From: Chrysomallon squamiferum | Taxonomy: Eukaryota > Animalia > Mollusca | NCBI GenBank assembly: GCA_012295275.1 | Contig: CM022676.1 | Location: forward strand, 12,586,001-12,650,000 | Reading direction: 5' to 3' | Length of the DNA stretch: 64,000 bases | Shown here: positions 13,315 through 25,500 of the stretch, piece by piece | Position numbering within the stretch: position 1 is the stretch's first letter | Layout of the letters: the number at the start of each line of letters is the position of its first letter | Program-made: the position numbers and the translations under genes | The notes under the pieces: model-generated | Databases searched by the model: none | The model's input: the letters and a program-made list of their open reading frames with translations, nothing else | What the model was told of the DNA's origin: nothing

Positions 13315-14328
13315 CTGGCTAAGTATGTTTGTAGCAGTTATTTGTCTGTTATTATTTGTACTTCTGTTTCATTTCATGCTCTTTTATCTTTATTTTTTAT
13401 TTTTTCAGGTTTATCAACACTTTAGTGATCACTGATTTGCTGTAGATCTACACACACCTCACAGACAGATAAACACAAAGACATCAGAAGTATTAAACAC
13501 TGAAACAAACTAAATTATACATATTTTTTTTCTGTTGTGGGCTTTGTATTCATTATTATTATTATTATTATTTTATTTTTTTTTAAATATTCCTTAGATT
13601 ACCTTAATTATATATTATGTGAAATTGTCAGAATAACTGCAGTCAATGTATTATATATTTCTTTATATATATTATTTCTAATTGAGGTTATTGTGTCTGG
13701 TAGATGTTTTACCGTGGTTATAGAATATGATTACAAAATACTAAAAGAGTGGATTGTGTTTGAAAGTGGAATGTAAAACTGTTGTATATTTTTTATTATT
13801 TTATTTCTCAGCAGTGATAAAATATTTGTTATCTAGAGAATACCATGAATTATTGTTACTTGTATAATCATTATAGTGGGGTTTTTTTGTTTATAAATAA
13901 TTTAGCAAATAATGTGCGTCTTTGTAAAATTCTGGTTAGAATAAGGAAAGTTTCGAAGCAGTAATATTAACATTAGAATTACCGAAAGGAATTGTCTGAT
14001 TTGCGATATGTTTCGAGTAAACTTGACTGCATCACAGAAATAAAAACTTGTACATTTAGAAGCTAGAATTATGTTTCTTCTTTGAACACATTAAATGTTA
14101 ATTAAATCATACATTAAGAGAGATGGGTGTAAATTTCAGGGCCATTTTAAGTCTATGTGCACTGGGTAAGTGTATTAAACTTTGTAAAATATTCAAATAA
14201 ATTACTAAGAATGAAAAAGATGGCTATGAATCTAACAAACCAGAAATAAGTGTCTGCTTCAGAAGATGGATCTTTCTAGGGCAAGAAAATAATAAAATGT
14301 AAATGTGTATGTATGTATATATATTTTA

Positions 14329-14400
<72 letters not shown>

Positions 14401-16516
14401 GAATCAGAGTGTAGGAAAATGGGTGCCATACATTTTAGTCTTCTCGGCAGCAGGGATGCAGTTTGTGAGATCATGATTGTATTGCATCCTCCTGTGCTAA
14501 CACATTCACGAATATTGTCTATATATATATATATATTCAAAGATACATATCTATATAAAAACATACACAGACACATACATACATAAACTGAAAGATGACA
14601 GACAAAAGATACATGGTATTACCTAATTATATACTTCTGTACATAACCATGCATAAAAGAACAAAAAGAAGACAGTTTATGAGATTACTGGCATTATTAT
14701 AAGATAAACATGGAAGAAGATACAGAATCACTTCTGCTTATATCTTCTAAAATATACAAAAATGAAGAAAATCAGTAACCAGTTATATCCATTATATAAG
14801 TGTTTTTTTTTAAATATTTTATTGTTGCTTGTTTTTTACTACAATAAATTAAAACAGTAATAATAGTGTTTTTGATGAAGATGATGCTCATGATAATTCT
14901 CACATTTAAAACAAATGAACCATCAAAAAATGTCCAGTGAATATTATGCTGGTGCTAAATAAAAATGGATCACATTAGACACAGCTTTCTGTGAATCTGA
15001 CCCACCTTATTCCTATAGTAACTGTGTTGTATTTAACTCAGTTGTATTCCTTGCTTTCAAATGAAACCAAATAGCCACCTTTATTTTTTTCTGCTGCAGT
15101 ACTGTTAAGCAAACATACAAACAGTTGTATTTAACCTCAGGCTTTTCTGTTCATTGGTTCACTAAATATCATTATAATAATACGTCGTAGACGACGATGT
15201 GAGTGAAACGTTCCGTTCACTTCATTAAAGAAACAAAGCACAAATGTCAAAAATAATAGCTTTATTTGTTTTATTATTATTATTTCTTTTAAATATGAAA
15301 TGAACTAATTAATGAAACAATAATAGAGAAAAGGTATTTTCTTGAAAACGTTTCTAAAACAGAAGAGAAGAGAAGATAGCAGACAATTGGGAACATTGTT
15401 TTTTCTTCATGACGGTGAAAATCAAGTTGTCTGCAATTTGTAAGAATCTATCTGTGAACTTTTCATTTTTATTTTTATTTTTTTTATATATCATACTTCA
15501 CAGACATGTAGACAGATACGTATATTTTAACTTTATTATATTTGATAAAACGTTGTTTTTGGGGGAAATTATTTTTTTATATATGTAAAATGAACTTCAC
15601 ATTTACGATTCAGATTTTCAAAAGCAGATTGTGTGCTCTTCAGTTGATAGCATTAATAAGATTATAAAACAAGACTGCAGACGACATGGACTATATTTTC
15701 TTTCTTAACATGCTGCAGACAGATTTCATGACGTCATCACTTACATTACGTAAAATTTATAAATTTTTTGTCTTTTCTTGTTTCTTTCTTTACATTCACA
15801 TGCAAAATCTTATACACTCACTTTTATATATCATAGCAAATATAATCAGTTAAAAATCGTTCAAAGGGAATAACTATAAAGACGACATGTAACACAATAG
15901 CTGAAATTTGAAACACATACATCGATCAGACAGATTAAAACATTTCACACTTTACAAAAACATTTCTATAATTTTATAACGTTGTGGACATTTCAAAATC
16001 CACAAAAGTTTAATAACATTTTCAAAAAGGAAATATAGCACTAAGCAAATTGAAATTCAACAAGTTATTGCGTAAATAATAATAATAATTAAACTCTATT
16101 ATATATGTAAATAAATAAATAAATAAATACTAGTAAGTGAATAGTAAGTAAGTAATAATAATAATAATAATAACTGATGATGATGGTTCCCGTCAAAGAA
16201 AAGAAGTTGTATATGAAACTGGAAACTAGGAAGTATATTTGTGTTGATAAAAAGCCCGAAACAAATGTAATCAATGCTTCAAGGGGGATAATTCTGTTCT
16301 GACACTGATACAAATACAATTATAAGACCGTCAGACATACTAGAAAAGTAAACAGTGAAACTCGTTAAAAAAACACGCACAATAATAATAATAATAATAA
16401 TAATAACCATGAGTAGTACAAAATAAAGACAGAAACAAGACTACAGTTTAGTTTGATGTCAGTGTTTGATACATCTCATATCTCCGTGTTTGTCTACCTG
16501 TCACGATTATGTAGAT

Positions 16517-17708
16517 CTAGAGCCAACCAGTGATGACAAAAATGTTGATAACCCTGAAGAAAAAAAAAAATAATAATGTAAAAATAAAAGGGCCTCAACT
16601 GAAACAAATAACAAGAAAATTATCCAAAGGAAAACATTTACAAAGACATAAACAGAAAATACGCAAAAACACGCAGACACGCTTACACAAAAACACAGAT
16701 ATATAGATACAGAAATAAATAGCTAGTAGACAGAAACATATATAGATACGTACATACATGTACAAAGTGCAAGTTTATAAACATATGTATGTTTGTGCGT
16801 GATTTGTGTGTCTGTAGGTGTGAGTTAATTGTGCATAGATAGATAGACAGAAGTGTAGATAAAATGAATACTAAACTGAACAGTAAAAGAACTAATGAAA
16901 TAAAAATAAAGGGCACGAACAGAACGCTAAAATATATAATGAGAGAAAGCAGCGGAGATCTCTAGCTGGAACCACATAAACTGAGAGACACACAGTCATG
17001 CACAGGAACACAGATACGTTGATAGATACAAAGACACACGTACACACAAATAGCTGTACATTGATCAATAGGTGAAAAGAAAGACAGATGATTCGATGGA
17101 TGGATGGATGGAAGGATGGACAGGCATACGTAAATTTAGACCATGCTACACTGAAAAATAAAACAAGTAACAAAAAGAAAGCAGTTACAAGATTACTTAC
17201 GTGATTACTATGTAAACCGCGAAAGAAGACAGAGATTCACTTGCGGACGTCATAGCTGAAACAGACGTACTATAAATGTTTTAACCAGTTAGGCACAAAA
17301 CTTTAAAACTGTCATATATACCATAATAAATTAAATTCACAAGTAATAATAATGATAATGATGATGATGATGATGATGATATAAACGATGCTTATGATGG
17401 TGTTTGTGATGACGATGATCATCACGATTATGATGATAGTAATTCTTACATTTGAAATATAGATAAGGACTGGGTTCAGGAAAAAGCGGAGCAGCAAGAG
17501 AACTGTGAGTAATTTTGAGTTTGAGCCTCAGCGTATATCCAATAAATTTTTGAGTAGTGTAATACAATGAGCAGGTGGTCTCTACCTCCCCCGGCGGACA
17601 CGGTTTTGTGTTAGTACTAAACCTGATTAGCTGTTTAGGCACAGGTTTATCTTCCTTGTCCTTCGGCTACAAAGAAGAAATAATTTCTGGTTAAATTAAA
17701 TTAATTAA

Positions 17709-17742
<34 letters not shown>

Positions 17743-20165
17743 AATAATAATGATGATGATGATGATGATGATACTACTACTACTATTACTACTACTACTA
17801 CTACTACTAATAATAATAATAATAATATTAAACGAGTAAACGTTAGAAACATTTGAATAAGAAAATGTAATCTCATTAGCATTAGTAAAAAAATCTTTAA
17901 TTTATTGGTAAAATTTATTATGTTGTTAAATATAGACATAAAAATCTTAAATTTATAAACAGCGTGTTCTAAGAAAAAAAAAAGTGAAACTGTAGAGCCT
18001 TCTACAAAGAAATGTTTAAATCTGATTCAGTTGTTTTTCTCTCACACAAATAAAAGCTAAAACAAAAACTTCTCAAACAAAAACTTTTATTTTTATCTAT
18101 TTATTTATGTATTTGTTATGTTTCTTTACTTAACCTAAAGTGAAACTCAGAATCAGTTTTACAGTATCACTGTTTTACTAATAAAAGTATTCTATACGAT
18201 TATTTCATATTATACAATCAGTTCACATAGACGCTAACTTCATATGTCCAAAAGCATTCTGCCTCTTTATATGTACACCTTCCTATCACAGACACGTGTT
18301 TTATGTGTGGTTTATTGCTGAGCAATGGCAGGCCATTGAAAGCTACGGAAAACACATCTGAAAAGCAAGAATTCACGTAACGAGTTTAGCAAAGGCTGAT
18401 TTAAATATCGTAAACGTTATATTAAACAAATATAAATACCATTTTAGTATAAAGATAAACTATTCGAAAAATGAAAAAAGAACAATTAAAGTGGATTTCA
18501 TCTGACTGGACATATCCGTACGTTTACTTTATTATGACGTATTACATATATAATTAATAAGAAAACATCTGTATTCTATGGAAAATGCGAAAGATTCTGT
18601 GATAATCTTATGAATTAATTATATGTCTATAAATGTCATAAAACATAAACTAAATAAAAGATAAACGTGTCCCACTTTCTTCCAAGCTGACCTACAAGAG
18701 AAATACAGTGATATGCTAGTCTGTGTGTGTTTGTGTATAATGTCACGTGTGTGGGCGTGTCTGTGTGTTCGTGTGTATGTAAACTGACCTGATGATTCAA
18801 TCTTTAGTGTGCCTAGAACTGAATCAGGTTCGGAATCACCACATTTCCAAGTGCCTTCGTCGTTGTCCCGACTGAAGCTGTCAATAGAGAGTGTGTACGA
18901 ATTCGAAGATGCCGCAGTAACTGAATAGCCAGACAGTAGTTGTAAGCACTTCTTGATGTCAAATGAGTCGTCACACTGAGCAACAACTGCTCCTTCAGGG
19001 CGGTTGAAACCAAGAGCACCTGTTATTTCACCACTTACTAATTCACAGGTGATGGTGAAAGGATGTTCTCTGAAAGCTCTTTCGTTAGCTGATGTCAGTT
19101 TTGTTTCTAACTTACCTACGAGAATGAAAACAAAAAGTAAATAAATAAATAAAAAATAAAATATAACGTTTTATTATTGTTGTTAGATTTGCTAAATTAT
19201 CTGATTACTTGTATCACATGAAATAAGCAACAGTAAACATATATAAACATATCAGAATTACATTTTTTCTTATCGTTTATAGATAGTGTGACATAATCGA
19301 AACAAATCTATTTATAGATATATACGTAGACAGTACTGATCACGTCTGTTCCGTTGTTTATCAATAATAAAGGAAGAAGAGCGCGCGCTTTTGGGGGTAT
19401 ATAAATTTCGTTTCGTAATTGTGAAAAAACGATAAGAATATGTAACTTTGAGTGTCAGCACTTTAAAAACAATCAATGACGAAAGAAGAAGGATGGCGCT
19501 TTTTGAACCATGTAAAGTATATATTTTGGGGGTGCAGAGACTGAATTGCTGTATTGCTAGAGTAACTGCAACAGTGAACAGTCTGCCGTGTTCTTACGCT
19601 TTACCGTGGTACACGAGAGAAACAGCAAGAGTCACGTTACCTTCACATCTGACTGTCAAGAAAATCTACTCAAAACAAACAAACAACCCTCACCGTCATA
19701 ATAATAAAGTTACATAAAAAATAGAAAAATAAAAAAAAAATAAAGAAATAAAGAAAGAAGAAGAAGAAAAAAAAAAATATAGAAAAACATACTTAAAGAC
19801 CTAAACAAAATAACAAAGAAAAAATAAATAATGATAATATTTGCATACTATTAATAGTCTTAATTGTTACATAGCTATTCATATTTTTGTTATTGTAATA
19901 GAAGTAAAACATGGTTACCATGTTGATTCATTGTAACACTGTAAGGCAGTAACATACACAGCGTGTCATAAAAATAGTGTATTAGTTAGTGTAGGCGCAT
20001 TTTCTTTACTTATCAACAACGTTATTTTTATTTTGTTTCAACATTCAGTGCTATGTTAATTAACCGTTATAGTTATCCTGTAAAGTGTAAAAGTTAAAGG
20101 CGAGATTCAAATCTTAAGTGACTTTCATGTCAGGCTTAGTTAGCTTTATGTTTGTGTGTGTGTGC

Positions 20166-20231
<66 letters not shown>

Positions 20232-20559
20232 TTGTGTGTGTGTGCGCGCGCGCGCGTGTGTGTTATTTTTCAGTTTATAATTATTTAATTTATAAACCTT
20301 CCTTGCTGCTAAACTAAATATCACCAGTAGTCACATAATGATTATGTTCAGTAATGAAACTTAATAATCATTAATATTAAAAAGTATTCTTGTTACATGT
20401 CATACAAATCTATAGCTTTCAGTAATACTAATAGAAATTATAAAGAAAAGTATTTTTCTGCTATATTATCCTGTTGTCAGCAATGTATTACCTTCACTGA
20501 ATGTAAAATGAAGACAGACAGACAACAAGCACGAATATGCATTTCAGTTGAAAATCCAT
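16517..20559 (-). pseudogene. Gene B copy 2: same structure as B1, but the leader exon has a 1-nt insertion (frameshift; may be a sequencing error)
   Basis: Exons: 20559-20492 (68 nt; forward tgtaaaatg vs tgtaaatg in B1, giving an early TGA), 19115-18789 (intact Ig), 17255-17201, 16553-16517. Confidence 0.75.
18789..19115 (-). CDS. Ig V-like domain exon of gene B2
   Basis: Protein identical to the B1 Ig exon. The two nucleotide differences I see are both synonymous (CTG/CTT Leu, GAT/GAC Asp). Confidence 0.9.
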
Positions 20560-20684
20560 TGAAATTAAATCTATATCAAGAACGAAGTACCAAATCTGAA
20601 AAAAAAAAGAAGAAGAAGAAAAAAGGATATTATTTTATAATAACCAATAAAATATTTGTTTTGTTTTAACACAATGCATTTGTT

Positions 20685-20751
<67 letters not shown>

Positions 20752-21237
20752 TCAGTTATTGCGCCTATTATTATTATTGTAATAATAATAATATTAAATT
20801 AAAATTCAGTGTATTGGTTTCCGAGCGTCCACGAAAATTCCCAATCGAAATTCAAGATGAAGCGTGGTCTGATGCCGGTCAGTGATTACAAATATTTAAA
20901 CATATATTTTTCATAATGCAATCAATTCTCATGGATTACTACACGTAGTTAGTTCAGACATATCATATAAGCAATGCCTTGTAAAAACAGACGTCAGGTT
21001 ATTGAGTACAAATTGTTGCAGAGGTTCAAATTATTTGTGTTTCTTTGTTATTTTATTTGTTATTTTTTTTTTTTTTTTCGTTGCTTTGACGTCATATCAC
21101 CTCATTTGGTACCCATTTCGTACACCACCGTTCCATTTTAAAATATAGAAAAGAAAAATGTTTCTTAATTTGAAATTAATTTTTCGAATTTCTATTTTTC
21201 TCTTGCAGAAGTGATATTTATTGCCTAACAGAATTAA

Positions 21238-21304
21238 ATGGGTGTACAGATAAACTGCGTTTTCATCCTTTCTGTGTTTGTCATTTTGCTGACAACTTCT
21301 GAAG
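21238..21304 (+). CDS. Signal-peptide exon of gene A copy 2 (rest of gene lost in or beyond the assembly gap)
   Basis: Identical to 9652-9718 (MGVQINCVFILSVFVILLTTSEG|gtaa). Confidence 0.8.
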
Positions 21305-21671
21305 GTAAATGTAATTACTGGCATTAAACATTTCTAAACCTTATTGAAAATAAAATTAATTTCATAACAAAATGTACTTTTGAGTGATAGTTAATATTAT
21401 TAAAGTAATAAAATACAATCATTTGCAGACTAGGACTATTTAAGATATATAAAGCATGAGTACAATTTTAAGCAACATCAAGTGTTTTATAAAAAAATAA
21501 TGACATTTGGCTAAAATATGTCACTTGGAAATCTGCGCTCAAATGTTCTAGAGTTATACTCAGAAAATTCTATACTGGGTCAGAGCCAAATCTCTCTCTA
21601 ATTGAGTATATGTACTAAAAGTGAAACAAGTTGAATATTCGACAGCAGAAAAATCATCTAAACATGACAAC

Positions 21672-21871
21672 NNNNNNNNNNNNNNNNNNNNNNNNNNNNN
21701 NNNNNNNNNNNNNNNNNNNNNNNNNNNNNNNNNNNNNNNNNNNNNNNNNNNNNNNNNNNNNNNNNNNNNNNNNNNNNNNNNNNNNNNNNNNNNNNNNNNN
21801 NNNNNNNNNNNNNNNNNNNNNNNNNNNNNNNNNNNNNNNNNNNNNNNNNNNNNNNNNNNNNNNNNNNNNNN
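21672..21871. other. Assembly gap (200 N, likely a fixed-size scaffolding spacer)
   Basis: Run of exactly 200 N. Confidence 0.99.
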
Positions 21872-22018
21872 TACGTATTTATACCAGTGTTTTGTTTTGC
21901 TTAGTCTAGCCTAGTCAGTGTGATCTGTTATCTTTAGAAAGATAGATTATCAAGTGTGTGATGACTTGTTTAACTTGATGACTTGACTTATTACTGTAAA
22001 TTTAGTAATTGTTTACAG

Positions 22019-22315
22019 ATGCTCCTGATCTGACTTTTCCTTCTTTAAACACAACTGAAAACACGTCACTGAATATCAACTGTTCTGCTGATGGTCGTCC
22101 TGACAACATGAACTTCAAACACTTCAAACATTACTGGAATGACGTGTTTATTCAAGATATGCCAGGAACAAAGGTAACGGGTAATCAGTACAGATTGAAG
22201 TTTAATCCTGTTACCTTTGAAGAGAGTGGAATCTACGTCTGTAGTGTGGAAAATGGAATCCCAGACAGGAATGGACATTTACTACAAAACAAAACCAGCA
22301 GTGTTTATGTTAAAG
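22019..22315 (+). CDS. Gene D Ig (I/C2-set) exon
   Basis: APDLTFPSLNTTENTSLNINCSADGRP...RLKFNPVTFEESGIYVCSVENGIP...SVYVK. Canonical CxAxGxP and ExGxYxC motifs; 297 nt, phase 1-1. Confidence 0.9.
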
Positions 22316-22549
22316 GTATCAATCTATAATTTAATAACAAAACAATAATGTTTACTGAACTTCCACAATATATATAATAACACCTCAGTTAACATCTGTT
22401 CACTATCATGTTCAAAGTTTCTATCCAGGTTTCATAAACGGCTACTGAATTCTAAAATGTATTGTGTAACATAGTTTCCATATTTTTAATACTAATAATT
22501 TTTAAGTAATCCTAATTGTGAAGAAAATTATTTCCATGTATTTATCTTG

Positions 22550-22581
<32 letters not shown>

Positions 22582-25500
22582 AGATAGATAGATAGATACA
22601 TCTTTTTTCAAATATATGATAAACTCAATTTTTAAATTTTATTTCTTTAAAACTATGCTAACAGTTGACATAGAAATCACTCTTTATAAAAAAAAATCCT
22701 TTCAAACATATTTAAGGGTAAAAAAGTAAAAGAAATAAATCAGTTTCCTGGTGAATCAAATTAATGAAGTAATCTTCATCCAAAATTTTATTTGTTACTC
22801 CATATTTACAGAAAAGAATTGATAAACATAAAGTTAGTAGCTTTATATGTTGCCAAAGATTGAGGGGTCAAACATGGAGTCTACACCTCAGCACATTTGA
22901 TTAATAATCAGCGAATGAGTGATATTTTACATCTTTTTCTCATGCTGTAACAAATTGCATTCGTGCAACAAAACTAATCTTTTAAGAAGATCTTGTATAC
23001 TGTTCTATAATTGAACTAACTTTTGTTATCCATGTAACAATACATTTAACACCCGTATGACTTCCACATTTGTCAGTCTGTCAATGTTTTCTTTGTTCAG
23101 CAGTAACCAGAAACAAGCTTTGAACTTGGACTTGTGTGATATTTGTAGATGTGTAATATAGACAAGTCAACACTGTTATATTTGGTATTATGAGTGCAGC
23201 TCTGGAAAGATAAAAATTGTTGATGACAATGACAATGACAGTGAGTTTATTCTCATAAACTGTAGGATTAGGGACAGAGAAGAATGTATTACAGCTACAT
23301 AATAACAAAATTATAATACACATGTGTGGAATTTCAAAGTGGAGGACATACTCTCGCATACAGTTCTTATTAACAAACATAGCTTTTTAAATACAAATAT
23401 GTTTTTATTGTTAAATAAATTATTATATGAAATTACATTTGAATGTCTAATATATTTATCTGGGATACCTTTTGTCTCATTTGATAATACAGGATCATTA
23501 CATTCAAATATATAATAATATTCATCTCCAATTTTGTTAAGATTACAGATATGACATTTTCTGTTTTCTCTTAGAATATTAGACCATCGTCCAGTTTCAA
23601 TAGGAAGTTTAGCATTCGCAGTTCTAAATTTACATAAGATATTAGCATTCTTCTGAGACAGCAAAATAAGATAGTCTTCTAATTTCAGTTCATTTTAAAA
23701 AAAAAATTATAATTAATAGCCTTTAGAGACGTTTCAGTTTGATTTTTCCATAATTGTTAAAACTGATCATGTAATATTTTGGATATGTAACCATTTAACA
23801 TTATCAAAGTTGTAATACGTCCATATATATCTTAAAGCACAAACATCTTGAATATTTATTACAAATTTGTTCCAAGGAGAATCGATAACATGCATAAAAT
23901 AATATAGTTGTGAGGAAATCTTGTTTTGGGTTTTGTAAATTAGGTTCCCCCAAAAGGTTATCATTTTTACTTTTATAGAAATACAAAGGGGATACCATCC
24001 GAGTTCACCATACATTTATTACCATTTAGTAAATACTTAAAAATTGTATTTGGAGTCTTTCTGTTAGTTGTATATTTGTAAAACACCGTATTCACAACTA
24101 CACAATAAAATTAGCTGTATTAGTTTATCAAATAAATCAACTACCCAGTTGATGGGAAGATTATTCTGACGACTTTTAGCTGTTAGGCTGTACCTAGCTT
24201 TCATTGCTTTGTTATACAGTTTGGGAGAAAAACCATTTATGAGATCAGCATGAATTTTATCATCAAGAGATTAAATGATAACTAAACAGTATTGGTTGAG
24301 TAATTAAGAGTTTGAAAGAACAAATATTTAATAATGTATAAAAACTGAGTTATACTTAACAAAGAACACAGCAGCATCCAGTCAGTGATCACTTTATTAA
24401 TAGTTCTGTTAAACTAAGGAAAGTTTTATGTTTATTATTACTCAACATAGTATAGAATACTTGCATTTTAAAAAATCCATGTGTTTTAAAAAATCAGATC
24501 TTTTTATTTCTTAATGTTGAATGTCTAAATATTTTTGATGTATTGTAAAATTGATTAAATCCTCTGGAACACTACAATATTTCAAATTACATTTGTAAAG
24601 AATTATTACTATTCACATATTTAAAATAAAACATATAACAATACAGTTGATAAATCTTTATCATTAATGTAATTATACTTTCAGCTGCACCTAAGATCAT
24701 TAACAAAACAGACAACATTGTGGTAGCTGAGATAGGAAATTCTGTTGTATTACACAAATCTGTGTTCTGTAAACCAAGTTACAGAAATTTTACCTGGAGT
24801 AAATCTGATGATCAAACTGATTTTAACAACACTCAGGTCACAAGAGAAAATATCACATTTCAAATACACAGTAAAACAGTAACAGATTCTGGTTACACAT
24901 TTTCTCTCACTATCAGTAATTTTTCTCTAGATGACATTGGAACATACAAACTGACTGTCTGTAATGAAGTTGGATGTTCTCAGTTTTCTGCTAACCTAAC
25001 TGCAGCAGGTCCACCTCTTCCTCCTAAAGAGTTCCAACAAGAAAGAGAATCAACATCAGACACAGTGTTCTTGTCCTGGCTACCTAACTACCCAGGTGGT
25101 AATTTCAAACAAAGATTTATACTGCAGTACAAACCACAAAGCGACTCTAACTGGATTACTGTTTGGCAAAGTGAATGGTTTGATTACTCAACACAAGGAC
25201 ATAAAATACTTTTTAACATCACAAATCTTCAGCCTAAACAAGTTTACAATATTCGACTGTCAGCTGAGAGTAACAGACTTTCAAATAACACCAGTAACTA
25301 TGTTACACTTGAAGTTACAACAATGGGTAAGTAAAGATTAACTGGATTATTGCTTGGCATAGTGAATTGTTCGATGACTAAACACAAGGACAGAAAATAT
25401 TTGTTAATATCAGCAATCTCAAAGACAAAACAATTTATGATGTCAAAATTTCAGCTGAAAACACAAGAACTCAAGACAATATGAGCAATTACGTCATCTT

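Larger units (their letters stand above)
9652..13445 (+). pseudogene. Gene A copy 1: signal peptide + V-like Ig + GPI-type tail, with a frameshift in the Ig exon (true pseudogene or homopolymer error)
   Basis: Exons: 9652-9718 (MGVQINCVFILSVFVILLTTSEG), 11389-11707 (319 nt, not a multiple of 3), 13104-13158, 13409-13445. The frame breaks at the G-run near 11505-11508. Alignment to B (RPEGAVVAQC vs RPVG-IVVQC) suggests 2 nt are missing. Confidence 0.75.
1..21671. repeat. Near-identical tandem segmental duplication, unit ~11.6 kb (1-~10085 recurs at 11615-21671); array order A0> <B1 A1> <B2 A2>
   Basis: Position 1 (ccagcttgaatcccaaaaatgatgag) recurs at 11615. Collinear identity continues with an offset of about 11.6 kb (11614 at the start, 11650 at the B Ig exon) until the N gap. 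Differences are scattered SNPs, microsatellite lengths and small indels. Confidence 0.95.
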
